From: a virus
IMG/VR virus record: IMGVR_UViG_3300028902_000450
Length of the DNA: 52,754 nt
Reading direction: 5' to 3' (one strand)
Shown: piece after piece, positions 30,427 to 39,107 of the stretch
Position numbering within the stretch: the first letter of the stretch is position 1
Layout of the letters: every line of letters begins with the position of its first letter
Position numbers and translations under genes: made by a program
The notes under the pieces: model-generated
Told to the model about the DNA's origin: nothing
Seen by the model: only the letters and a program-made list of their open reading frames with translations
Databases searched by the model: none

Positions 30427-31052
30427 TGGACGCGAAAGCGGAAAAATCGCCTTCGCTGATTTGGGAAAGACGCGAGGGCGAGCCGAACAAATGGTTTGAC
30501 CGATTTCAAACTTACTTGCTGCTCGGTTCGTCGCGGTCGCTCTATGCGGCATACACGGCTTGGCGCGAGCGGAATGGCGCGAACCGCGCGCAAAAGCGCG
30601 CGGGATTGCCGCAATCGTGGCGTCTGGCGGCGGAACGTTGGGAATGGGCAAAACGCGCGGAGCAATTTGACGAACACGAACGCGCGCAGCACGTGGCAGA
30701 ATGGGCGCGCCGGCGCGATGAATTGCGCGAACACGAGTGGAAATTTTCGCAAGAATTGTTGGACAAAGTGCGTCAAATGCTCGTGTTCCCATTAGCGAAA
30801 ACGGTGCGCTCGACGCAGGACGGCGGGCAGACGGTGGTCACAGAGGTTTACCCGGCAAATTGGAAACTCGCCGACGCCGCGCGCATGTTGGAGGCGGCGA
30901 GTAAATTGGCGCGGCTCGCCGTCGGTGTCGAAACCGAACGCATCGGCGTTGACGTTGGTCTGACGGCAGATGATTTGGTGCGTGCCGCGCGCGAAGTGAT
31001 GGAATGGGAGCAGCAAACCTATGGCAGCTTGTCTGCGGACAAGACGGAGTAG
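30426..31052 (+). CDS. Small-terminase-like protein, paralogue 1 (208 aa)
   Basis: WFDRFQTYLLLGSSRSLYAAY...GLPQSWRLAAERWEWAKRAEQFDEHER is an HTH-type TerS N-terminus, paralogous to 33061-33741. Confidence 0.55.
   Translation: MDAKAEKSPSLIWERREGEPNKWFDRFQTYLLLGSSRSLYAAYTAWRERNGANRAQKRAGLPQSWRLAAERWEWAKRAEQFDEHERAQHVAEWARRRDELREHEWKFSQELLDKVRQMLVFPLAKTVRSTQDGGQTVVTEVYPANWKLADAARMLEAASKLARLAVGVETERIGVDVGLTADDLVRAAREVMEWEQQTYGSLSADKTE
31028..31043. repeat. Dyad motif copy CTTGTCTGCGGACAAG
   Basis: At the 3' end of TerS-like paralogue 1, in frame as LSADK. Confidence 0.9.
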
Positions 31053-31087
31053 AACAAGACATAGGAATTTGGTCTTGATTCAGTGTC

Positions 31088-31116
31088 TTGACCGCGCGCG
31101 CGCGGCGTGCTAGAAT
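31088..31116 (+). promoter_or_regulatory. Promoter TTGACC-17-TAGAAT with TGC-extended -10
   Basis: Read directly. The ATG at 31126 lies only ~10 nt after the -10 box. Confidence 0.55.
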
Positions 31117-31125
31117 GTTTGTGCG

Positions 31126-31308
31126 ATGGACGCTCCGTTTTCGGCTGCCCAATTTGTTGCTTTCAAAATCGCTATGGCGGCGATGGTCGTTGCCGCGTTG
31201 CTGCAAACGCGCGTCCACGAGTTTTACCCGGATGCGGATGTGATTGTGAGGATACGCAAAGGGAACATCCTTCCCCAAATTGACATCCAAGACCGCATCA
31301 AGAATTGA
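31126..31308 (+). CDS. Possible small hydrophobic protein (60 aa), near-leaderless
   Basis: ORF MDAPFSAAQFVAFKIAMAAMVVAALLQ... Confidence 0.4.
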   Translation: MDAPFSAAQFVAFKIAMAAMVVAALLQTRVHEFYPDADVIVRIRKGNILPQIDIQDRIKN

Positions 31309-31446
31309 AAGTGCGGTTTCTCGTGCGGCAAAGCGCACAGGAGAAACCTGCAATTTAATTGGCTAGGTGCTGCGAGGACGTGACCCGTCTAGCGCGCTGA
31401 ACGCCCACCGGTACGTACCGACGGCACGGCTTAGACATTGAAAATG

Positions 31447-31483
31447 AAAAGCCGCGCGGAGAAATTCTCCGCGCGGCTTTTTT
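31447..31483 (+). terminator. Intrinsic terminator
   Basis: AAAAGCCGCGCGGAG-aaatt-CTCCGCGCGGC followed by TTTTTT. Confidence 0.8.
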
Positions 31484-31511
31484 GTTGCGTTCGATTCGAC
31501 GGGATAATTTC

Positions 31512-31937
31512 ATGGTCATTGATGCAGCGATTCTGATTGCGCTGGGGGGCGTGATTACGGCAGTGATAGCATTTTTCCCGGCATTTTCGGGATACATCCA
31601 ATCCCGAGCAAACGCAAAAAAAATTGAATCGGAGGCGCACACGATAGCGCGCAAGGACGAAATTACGTCGCTGCGTGAAGAAGTGGCGCGTCTCTCCGGG
31701 CGCGTGGACGAGCTCTCGACCGCGAACGCGCGTTTACAAAATGAGAATCTGCATTTGCAGGCGCAAGTCATTGCGCTGCGCACTGAAAACGCGTGGCTGC
31801 GCACGCAATTACGCCAGAGTGGTATCGAGATTCCCCCTCTGCCCCCTGAAATTCGCGAATTGACGACGGATTTATCGAATTCGCCGAATCCAAAGGATTC
31901 GACAAGCACGATGAGAGCAAACAACAATGACGCCTAA
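31512..31937 (+). CDS. Membrane-anchored coiled-coil protein (141 aa)
   Basis: N-terminal TM helix AAILIALGGVITAVIAFFPAF, then heptad-like EEVARLSGRVDELSTANARLQNENLHLQAQVIALRTENAWLR. Confidence 0.6.
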   Translation: MVIDAAILIALGGVITAVIAFFPAFSGYIQSRANAKKIESEAHTIARKDEITSLREEVARLSGRVDELSTANARLQNENLHLQAQVIALRTENAWLRTQLRQSGIEIPPLPPEIRELTTDLSNSPNPKDSTSTMRANNNDA

Positions 31938-32043
31938 ATCCCCTCTGACGGAAATACGCATTCCATTGCGTTGGCTTGGGCTTGGCATCACGCTTGTCAT
32001 TATCGGCTGCGGCGTTGCCGCATATTTCATCTTTCACACATAG
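31927..32043 (+). CDS. Possible 38-aa single-TM peptide
   Basis: Own translation: MTPKSPLTEIRIPLRWLGLGITLVIIGCGVAAYFIFHT. It overlaps the upstream stop and ends just before the AGGAGG of the next gene. Confidence 0.35.
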   Translation: MTPKSPLTEIRIPLRWLGLGITLVIIGCGVAAYFIFHT

Positions 32044-32055
32044 GAGGTATTCCCC

Positions 32056-32865
32056 ATGTTCGCGTTTCGTTCATCTCGTTTGGTCCGCGTCGCGGTGATT
32101 GCGTTGACGCTCGTGCTGGCGGTGCTCGGCGGCGCGCTCACCCCCGCGTTGACGCATGCGGCGCCGCCCGCGCAGACCCCGCCGACGGGCGCGCCCGAGT
32201 TGGCGCAAACGGTATCCGCGTTTCTCGATTTGCTGATTGCGTTCATTGTTGGCGGCGGCGTCGCGTATGTGCTGCAAATGATTACGGCGTGGACGGAATG
32301 GAAATCGCCGTTCAAGCCGTGGGTCGTCGTACTGCTGACTGCACTCATCGGCGCTGCACTGACATCTCTCAAAGTACTGGCGACGGCAGAACTCTTTTCA
32401 CAAGTGCCCGATTGGGGGCGTGCCTTCATTGGTTTCATCGTTGTGTTTGTTGGCAGTCAAATCACGTATCAGCGCGGATTTAATCCCGCATGGGCAACTG
32501 TGACGCGCGTGGGCGTTGTAATCGCGGTCTTGCTGCTCGGCGGCGCGTTGGTGATGGCGAACGCGCCCGTTGCGAACGCGGAATCGCCTGCCGCTGACCG
32601 TCTCGCACAAGAACCCGCGTTGTACTGCGTTGCGCTCGAAGTGGGTTTGCCCGCCGATGCGGTCGCGCTCGCGAAAATCAAATTCGATACGCGTTTCGGA
32701 TTCGCGCACAACCTCGCGACGGCGGACGAATGGTCCGTCACGTGGGGCGACCGAATGCAATTTTTTGTTGACTGGCTTGGTGTGCCGAATCCCACGCATG
32801 GCGGAACGCTCAAGCCCTGGTGCGCGCGTTTAGTTGCCGCGCAGGCGCGCATCTTGGAGCCGTGA
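32056..32865 (+). CDS. Multi-pass membrane protein with signal peptide (269 aa)
   Basis: Signal-like MFAFRSSRLVRVAVIALTLVLAVLGGALTPALTHA, about 4 TM helices, and a soluble C-terminal ~100 aa. RBS AGGAGG. Confidence 0.65.
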   Translation: MFAFRSSRLVRVAVIALTLVLAVLGGALTPALTHAAPPAQTPPTGAPELAQTVSAFLDLLIAFIVGGGVAYVLQMITAWTEWKSPFKPWVVVLLTALIGAALTSLKVLATAELFSQVPDWGRAFIGFIVVFVGSQITYQRGFNPAWATVTRVGVVIAVLLLGGALVMANAPVANAESPAADRLAQEPALYCVALEVGLPADAVALAKIKFDTRFGFAHNLATADEWSVTWGDRMQFFVDWLGVPNPTHGGTLKPWCARLVAAQARILEP

Positions 32866-32871
32866 CGCGCA

Positions 32872-33054
32872 ATGGCGTGGCAAATCGTTTGGACGTGCGC
32901 CGAATACGTGCGCATGCAATTGGAGCGCGCGTACTTTCTCGATTTGCTGGATGACGGCGAGGATGTGCCCGAAGTATATGTCGCGGGTTGGATTATGACC
33001 AAACAAAAACGGCGCGCGGAAGTGTGTCCGCTTTGGCGCAGCGCACGGGCGTGA
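32872..33054 (+). CDS. Possible small protein (60 aa)
   Basis: ORF of plausible composition. Confidence 0.35.
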   Translation: MAWQIVWTCAEYVRMQLERAYFLDLLDDGEDVPEVYVAGWIMTKQKRRAEVCPLWRSARA

Positions 33055-33060
33055 TGTTGT

Positions 33061-33741
33061 ATGGACGACGCTACCCAACCGTGGGCGCGTCAAACGAAAG
33101 AACCCGCCCTTTGGTTTGACCGCTTTCAACGCTACCTGCTGCTCGGCGTGACCCGTTCGGTGTATCGCGCCTATATGGTTGAGCGCATGGAAACCGCGCG
33201 CACGGTCACGCAAATTAAAAAATTGAACGCGCAGGCATCGCACCGCACCGGCTTGCCGCAGTCGTGGCGAGCGCAATCGAAACGATGGAATTGGAGCGAA
33301 CGCGCGCAGCAGTTCGATGAAGCGGAGCGCACCAAACGATACGCGGCATATCAGGCGCGCGCCGACGAGATTCTGACCAGCGGTCTGGCACTCCAATTCG
33401 CGCGCATCGAGGAATTGAAACAACTCGCCGAGCTCTTGCGCGACGAAGTGCGCGACGAGAATAAACGCTGGCTGCCTGACGCCAAACAAATCGGCGCCGG
33501 AGAATTTGCGGAACGCGTGGACATTGTGCGATTTAATGCGCCACTCGTACAGCAATTGCGCGAGACGATTGCAGACATTGCGATTGAAAAGGGCGAGCGC
33601 ACGCACGGTGTCAAACTCTCGGGCAAAGTCGCCGTCGCGCAGGTCTCGCTCGACGATGTGCTTGCTGCTGCGGACGCAGTCAAGCAGGATGAGCAATCCA
33701 TTTTGAAACAAATCGGCAAACCTTCCGAACAGAATGAATGA
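33061..33741 (+). CDS. Small-terminase-like protein, paralogue 2 (226 aa), adjacent to terL
   Basis: WFDRFQRYLLLGVTRSVYRAY...GLPQSWRAQSKRWNWSERAQQFDEAER. It overlaps the terL start. Confidence 0.65.
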   Translation: MDDATQPWARQTKEPALWFDRFQRYLLLGVTRSVYRAYMVERMETARTVTQIKKLNAQASHRTGLPQSWRAQSKRWNWSERAQQFDEAERTKRYAAYQARADEILTSGLALQFARIEELKQLAELLRDEVRDENKRWLPDAKQIGAGEFAERVDIVRFNAPLVQQLRETIADIAIEKGERTHGVKLSGKVAVAQVSLDDVLAAADAVKQDEQSILKQIGKPSEQNE

Positions 33742-35159
33742 CCAAAATCGAAATTCGCGAAGGTCTCAAGTGTCAAAAATCGGCGCTGTATTTTATTTAT
33801 CAGTACGTCCAGATTTATGACGCGACGCGGCGGGAATGGGTCCCGTTTCATTTGTATCCCGCGCAAGTTGAAGTACTGAATGCGCTCCTTTCCAATTCGC
33901 TGCTCGTGATTTTGAAAGCGCGTCAACTCGGAATGACATGGCTGGTGCTCGCGTTCGTGTTGTGGTCCATGCTCTTTCATCCTATCGTCACCGCATTGCT
34001 CTTTTCCAAGCGCGATGACGAGGCAACCTATCTGCTCGGCGTCGAACGCCTCAAAGGGATGTATGAACGGCTGCCGCAATTCTTGAAAGCGCGGAGCATC
34101 GAAGTAGACAACGACCATGAGTGGCTGCTGTCGCAGGGTTCGATTGCGCGGGCGTTCCCGACGAGCGCGGGGGATTCCTACACGGCGAGCATTGTGTTTG
34201 TGGACGAAGCCGATTTGGTCCCCGACCTCAATCGGCTGATGAATTCGGCAAAGCCGACGATTGATGCGGGCGGCAAATTGATTTTGCTCTCGCGTGTGGA
34301 CAAGACGAAACCGCAGAGCGAATTCAAAAACATCTACCGCGCGGCAAAGGCAGGCACAAACGGGTGGTATCCGATTTTTTTGCCGTGGACGGTGCGCCCG
34401 GAGCGCACGCCCGAATGGTACGAGCAACAAAAGCGCGACATTCTCGCCCGCACAACCGCGCTCGATGACCTGTATCAGCAATATCCGGCGACCGATACCG
34501 AAGCGTTGTCACCGAACACACTGGACAAACGCATTGCGGCATTGTGGCTGGAGCAATGCTACAGCGAACACTTGAGTTTGTCCGCAGACAAGTTGCCCGA
34601 AGGCGCGCCGAGCATTCCGGGTCTGACGATTTACAAACTGCCCGAACCAAATCGCAAGTACGTCATCAGCGGCGACCCGGCGGAAGGCAATCCGACATCG
34701 GATGATTCGGCGAGCGAGGTGTTGGACAAGGACACGGGCGAAGAGGTTGCGAGTCTCGCGGGGAAATTTCAACCCGCCGTGTTCGCGGCGCACATTGACA
34801 CGATTGGAAAATTTTTCAATCGCGCTGACGCGATGATAGAGCGCAACAATCATGGACACGCGGTCTTGCTCTGGCTGCGCGACAATTCAAGTTTAAGAAT
34901 TTTGACAGGATTCGACGACAAGAACGGCTGGCACTCGACGGTGCTGGGCAAGACGATGTTATACGACGCGTGCGCGGACGCGTTCCGCAATAAAGAGACC
35001 ATGCTGCATAACTTCACGACGTTCACACAATTGAGCATGATTGAGGGCTCGACCCTGCGCGCGCCGGAGGGCGAGATGGACGACCGCGCGGATGCTTACG
35101 CGTTGGCACTCGTGGCGCGTGTGCGCGCGGGCAGTCGCGCGAGCGTGGATTGGGTGTGA
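33738..35159 (+). CDS. terL: Terminase large subunit (473 aa)
   Basis: LYPAQVEVL...LVILKARQLGMTW (Walker A variant), IVFVDEAD (Walker B), and the nuclease-region motif GEMDDRADAYALA. Confidence 0.85.
   Translation: MTKIEIREGLKCQKSALYFIYQYVQIYDATRREWVPFHLYPAQVEVLNALLSNSLLVILKARQLGMTWLVLAFVLWSMLFHPIVTALLFSKRDDEATYLLGVERLKGMYERLPQFLKARSIEVDNDHEWLLSQGSIARAFPTSAGDSYTASIVFVDEADLVPDLNRLMNSAKPTIDAGGKLILLSRVDKTKPQSEFKNIYRAAKAGTNGWYPIFLPWTVRPERTPEWYEQQKRDILARTTALDDLYQQYPATDTEALSPNTLDKRIAALWLEQCYSEHLSLSADKLPEGAPSIPGLTIYKLPEPNRKYVISGDPAEGNPTSDDSASEVLDKDTGEEVASLAGKFQPAVFAAHIDTIGKFFNRADAMIERNNHGHAVLLWLRDNSSLRILTGFDDKNGWHSTVLGKTMLYDACADAFRNKETMLHNFTTFTQLSMIEGSTLRAPEGEMDDRADAYALALVARVRAGSRASVDWV
34578..34592. 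repeat. Dyad motif copy TTGTCCGCAGACAAG
   Basis: In terL, in frame as LSADK. Confidence 0.9.
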
Positions 35160-35163
35160 TGCA

Positions 35164-35481
35164 ATGAGTACATTGCCTACATTGCCAAACGAAACAACAT
35201 TCCAAGTTGCGCCATTGCAGTTGGTGTATGCGGTCTGGATTCGTGGACACGGCTGGCTGAAAGAAAAAGACGACGACGCGCAAACCACGTTCGTGGCGTT
35301 CAGCCCCGAAGTCGCCGAATCCGCCGCGCGCTTGTGGGGCAGCGACGCAGAGGTATTGCCGTTCGACCAATCATTGCTCGACTTGGAACAAAAGTTTTTG
35401 CGGCGCGAACAAGAATTGCAGGCACGACGCGGCGTTATCGCGTGGTTAATCGCATGGCTGCACACTCCGCGCGATTCGTGA
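35164..35481 (+). CDS. Hypothetical protein (105 aa)
   Basis: Internal ATG (MSTLPTLPNE) of ORF 35041-35481. Confidence 0.5.
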   Translation: MSTLPTLPNETTFQVAPLQLVYAVWIRGHGWLKEKDDDAQTTFVAFSPEVAESAARLWGSDAEVLPFDQSLLDLEQKFLRREQELQARRGVIAWLIAWLHTPRDS

Positions 35482-35510
35482 CATCGGGTGCGCAGACATG
35501 CGAAAACAAA

Positions 35511-37724
35511 ATGGCATATTGGGCTGACGTTTCCAATCAATTGAATCGCGCGCAGCGGCAAGCGCAGTACGTGACGACGATGGCGGGCTCGTGGGCGGGC
35601 GGTCCGGTCAGCGACCCGGACCCATCGCTGTACGCGAACCAGGCGCGGCTCATGCAGCAGCTGTCGTGGGTCTATTCCGCGATTTCGCTCGTGTCGCAGT
35701 CTGCCGCGTCTCTCGCACAATTCCAAGTCCTGCAGCTGCGCGCCGAAACCAAAAAGCCGATTGTCAATCACGCGTTTGAACAACTCTTGCGCGCGCCGAA
35801 TCGTTATCAGTTCGATTCGCAGTTTGAGTTTTTCGAGGCGCTATTCGGTTTTTTGAAACTGAGCGGCAATTGCTATTTGTATCTGAACGCGCTTTCGCCC
35901 GAGCTGCCGCCTGCCGAGATTTATATTTTGCGCCCCGACCGCGTGATGGTCGTCCCGGACCGTCAAACCTTTGTGCGCGGTTACGTGTTCAATGTGGACG
36001 GCGCCGAGCTCGCGTTCGACCGCGATGAAATTGTGCATATCAAGGCGTGGCATCCGCTCAACGATTGGTATGGTCTCACCGCGATTGAGGCGCTTTCAAT
36101 GGCTGCCGAGACCGACCTGAAAGAAGCGGGTTGGAATAAGAACTTTTTCGACAAACAATTTGCGAAACCACAGGGCGCGCTCGCGTACAGCGACATGGTC
36201 AACGATACCGACTGGGACCGCATGAAAACCGAAGCGAAAGAAGAGCATGGCGGGACACAGCGGCGGCTGATGATGCTGCGCGGCGCGGGCAAGGGCGGCG
36301 TGCAGTGGCTACAGATGGGTTTGTCGCAAAAGGACATGGAATTCATCACCGGTCGCCAATTCAACAAAGAGGAAATTTACCAGGGACTTGCGCCGGGTCT
36401 CTTGCAAATGCTTGACAAAAATTCGACGGAAGCAAACAGCATCGCAGGCGAAAAGGTTTTCCGTGAATACACGCTATATCCGCTCTTGAAACGTGTGCAA
36501 GAAAAATTCACCGCGAGAATTTTACCGCGTTATGGGGACGCCAGCGCGGACGGCAGCGGGCTTGTCGGGGAGTTTGATGAAATTCGCGCGCGTGACCGCG
36601 TGCTCGACATGCAGGAACGCCAAGCATACGAACGCGTTCATACCATCGCTGAAGTGCGCGCGAAATTTGATAACGACGCGCCGCTGGGCGACGAACGGGA
36701 TGATCTGCTCGTCGCGCAGGCGCAATCGTTCAATCCGAACGCGTTTGCGATGACCACTACAAACGCGTGGAACGCGAACACGACGACCGACGCCTCGGAT
36801 GAGTCGGATGTAATCATCCGCACATCCGCCACCATGCCGCCGCAAGCTCCCAGTGTCCGCAACGCCGAGAACGCGGACGAAGCAGGAGACATGATTGACA
36901 AGAACGCGAGCAAAGACGAAGCAAAGGCAGGCAATCAAGACGGCTTGATGATTGCGCTCGCACTCCCGACGGGCGCGGCGCTCACGCTGCACCAACTCGC
37001 GCAAGAGACGTTCGGCGAAAACGCGGATGTGACTCCTTCCGATGAAATGCACATCACCCTTGCCTATTTTGGCAGCGCGGAACAAATGAATGTCTCGCGC
37101 GAAACGCTGACCGCGCTCGTGCGCGCGTTTGCTGCCGAACATTCGCCCATCAATGGCATGGTGAGCGGCGTCGGACGATTTACGCAAGTGGATGCCGACG
37201 GACGCAGCGCGTTCTATGCGTCGTTTGATTCGCCCATGCTGCCGCGGCTGCAAAGCGATTTGATAGAACTGCTCGACGGCGCGGGCGTGTCTGTGGACAA
37301 GACGCATGGTTTTACGCCGCACATCACGCTCGCGTATGCTCGAATTGGAGAACATTCGGACGCGAATTTTGATTTAGCGCAGTTGCATACGCCCAACACG
37401 CAAATCACCTTTGATGCCGTGACGCTCGCGTGGGCGGGAGAGTGGGACGCGTTCGCGCTGGGCGCAATTCCGATGCTCCTGCCGCATCCAAATGAGCCGA
37501 GCGACGAACAAAAGGCGTTCGCATCCGACATTGCCGCGTGGGAACGCAAAGCATTGAAACGAGTGCGCGAGCACGGCGCACTCGCCGATGCGCTCGAATT
37601 CAAATCGGACGCGCTCGCGCCGGCGTTGCTCCATTCCATTCGCGGCGCGCTCGAAGCGGCGACAACTGCGTTAGAAGTCAAAGCGATTTTTCAGAACGCG
37701 CGCGCGTGGCATTCCTATCCGTGA
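35511..37724 (+). CDS. Portal protein (HK97 family) fused to a C-terminal 2H phosphoesterase (LigT-like) domain (737 aa)
   Basis: Portal core: NHAFEQLLRAPN...GNCYLYL...IVHIKAWHPLNDWYGLTAIEAL...GGVQWLQMGLSQKDMEF. C-terminal domain with two HxT motifs, EMHITLAYFG and TPHITLAYAR. Start at MAYWADV. Confidence 0.8.
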   Translation: MAYWADVSNQLNRAQRQAQYVTTMAGSWAGGPVSDPDPSLYANQARLMQQLSWVYSAISLVSQSAASLAQFQVLQLRAETKKPIVNHAFEQLLRAPNRYQFDSQFEFFEALFGFLKLSGNCYLYLNALSPELPPAEIYILRPDRVMVVPDRQTFVRGYVFNVDGAELAFDRDEIVHIKAWHPLNDWYGLTAIEALSMAAETDLKEAGWNKNFFDKQFAKPQGALAYSDMVNDTDWDRMKTEAKEEHGGTQRRLMMLRGAGKGGVQWLQMGLSQKDMEFITGRQFNKEEIYQGLAPGLLQMLDKNSTEANSIAGEKVFREYTLYPLLKRVQEKFTARILPRYGDASADGSGLVGEFDEIRARDRVLDMQERQAYERVHTIAEVRAKFDNDAPLGDERDDLLVAQAQSFNPNAFAMTTTNAWNANTTTDASDESDVIIRTSATMPPQAPSVRNAENADEAGDMIDKNASKDEAKAGNQDGLMIALALPTGAALTLHQLAQETFGENADVTPSDEMHITLAYFGSAEQMNVSRETLTALVRAFAAEHSPINGMVSGVGRFTQVDADGRSAFYASFDSPMLPRLQSDLIELLDGAGVSVDKTHGFTPHITLAYARIGEHSDANFDLAQLHTPNTQITFDAVTLAWAGEWDAFALGAIPMLLPHPNEPSDEQKAFASDIAAWERKALKRVREHGALADALEFKSDALAPALLHSIRGALEAATTALEVKAIFQNARAWHSYP
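37287..37301. repeat. Degenerate dyad GTGTC-TGTG-GACAAG (13 of 15)
   Basis: In the portal 2H domain, same frame (VSVDK). It may be coincidental. Confidence 0.4.
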
Positions 37725-37749
37725 GGATAGGCGTTATCCGTGATGGCGT

Positions 37750-38424
37750 ATGGCTGACTTTGCAAATCGTTCGGACTGGGAAGCGCAACTCGCCCGCGCG
37801 CTGGCACGTTTGCAGCAGCGCGAGTTGAAATTATTGCTGGACGCGCTGGGCGACCCGCCAGACCTTAATAATTTGCATCCCGAATTTTGGAATGAATTTT
37901 CAACATCGCTCAAGGGCGAATTGATTCCGGTGCTCGAAGGAATTTTTTTAGATTCGGCGGAGCAGCTGCTTGGAACGACGAGCGTCGGCGTGGATTGGGC
38001 GCTCATCAACGAGCAGGCGGCGCGGTGGGCAGAGAGTTACGCGTATGACCTGGTCCGCGGCATCACCGACAACACGCGTTCGGCGTTGCAGCAAAAAGTG
38101 GGCGCGTATTTTCGTAATGGCTTGACGCAGCAAGACCTGCGTGATTCGCTCCAAAATTTATTTGGACCCGTACGCGCCGAGATGATAAGCGTGACTGAAG
38201 TCACTCGCGCGGCGGTGCAAGGCGAATTGGCAATTGTGGACGGACTCAAACCCTACGGCATCGAAATGATTCCCGTGTGGCAGACCAACGCCGATGATAT
38301 CGTGTGTCCCATCTGCGCGCCGCGCAATCGCAAAAAGCGCGGCGACGGTTGGTACGATTTTCCACCGGCGCACCCGCGCTGCCGCTGTTGGATCAATCAT
38401 ACTTACGCGGAGAACGCGAAATGA
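37750..38424 (+). CDS. MuF / SPP1 gp7-like minor head protein (224 aa)
   Basis: C-terminal DDIVCPICAPRNRKKRGDGWYDFPPAHPRCRCWI is the Phage_Mu_F signature. Confidence 0.8.
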   Translation: MADFANRSDWEAQLARALARLQQRELKLLLDALGDPPDLNNLHPEFWNEFSTSLKGELIPVLEGIFLDSAEQLLGTTSVGVDWALINEQAARWAESYAYDLVRGITDNTRSALQQKVGAYFRNGLTQQDLRDSLQNLFGPVRAEMISVTEVTRAAVQGELAIVDGLKPYGIEMIPVWQTNADDIVCPICAPRNRKKRGDGWYDFPPAHPRCRCWINHTYAENAK

Positions 38425-38463
38425 ATTCCGAAGTTACCGCATCGCTTGCCAACTTGGCAAGCG

Positions 38464-38610
38464 ATGCTCGCGTCTTACTATCTGAATCTCGTCGAGCACG
38501 GGTTTCCGCCGTACATGGCAATCGAACTTGTGCGCGACTTGCAACGGATGTATTGGGAGCGCGCGCTGGCTGGCGGCGCGACGGAAAAAGAGAATGTCCA
38601 ACGCGATTGA
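38464..38610 (+). CDS. Possible small protein (48 aa)
   Basis: Own translation: MLASYYLNLVEHGFPPYMAIELVRDLQRMYWERALAGGATEKENVQRD. It overlaps the next start. Confidence 0.35.
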   Translation: MLASYYLNLVEHGFPPYMAIELVRDLQRMYWERALAGGATEKENVQRD

Positions 38611-39103
38611 ACTCAACGGCTTGAGTGACGTGCTCGCCCAAATCAAAAAGGTTAGCGATTTGGGCGCGGTCAACGCGGCGCTCACCGAAGCGGCGGTCTA
38701 TCTGAAAGGCAAGGTAGACGAGTACCCGCCGTCGAAATCGCGTCCGGGACGCATTTCGCTGCGCACGCGGCGTCCGATGGGGTGGTACAAGCGTGGCACA
38801 GGTTGGATGTCGCCGATTGTGCGGAACGGGCGCGCCGTGCGCTACGTGAATTATCGCGCGACGAGCGAAACACTGGGGCGCAAGTGGACTATCGCCTCGC
38901 AGGGACCGCTGACCGTCGTCGTCGGCAACAACGTTTCTTATGGTCCCTATGTGCAAAGCGCGGTCAAGGTGGGGGGCAAGGGACCGCAATCGCGGCTCAT
39001 GGCTGCATACGGATGGAAAACGGTCGAGGACGTGGTCAAGCAAGAGGAATCGGCAGTGGTCAAACAAATCGAAGCGCGTTTGACCAAACAATTCGGAGGA
39101 TAG
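38594..39103 (+). CDS. Hypothetical virion-module protein (169 aa)
   Basis: MSNAIELNGLSDVLAQIKKV... is the internal ATG of ORF 38528-39103. Confidence 0.55.
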   Translation: MSNAIELNGLSDVLAQIKKVSDLGAVNAALTEAAVYLKGKVDEYPPSKSRPGRISLRTRRPMGWYKRGTGWMSPIVRNGRAVRYVNYRATSETLGRKWTIASQGPLTVVVGNNVSYGPYVQSAVKVGGKGPQSRLMAAYGWKTVEDVVKQEESAVVKQIEARLTKQFGG

Positions 39104-39107
39104 CAAG

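Noticed and set aside
31309-31446. Possible tRNA or tmRNA-like gene in the structured tail after ORF 31126-31308
   Set aside because: No T-loop (GTTCRANYC) or acceptor/anticodon geometry could be built. No tRNA-like sequence was seen anywhere in the window, so it is kept only as an unexplained structured 3' region.
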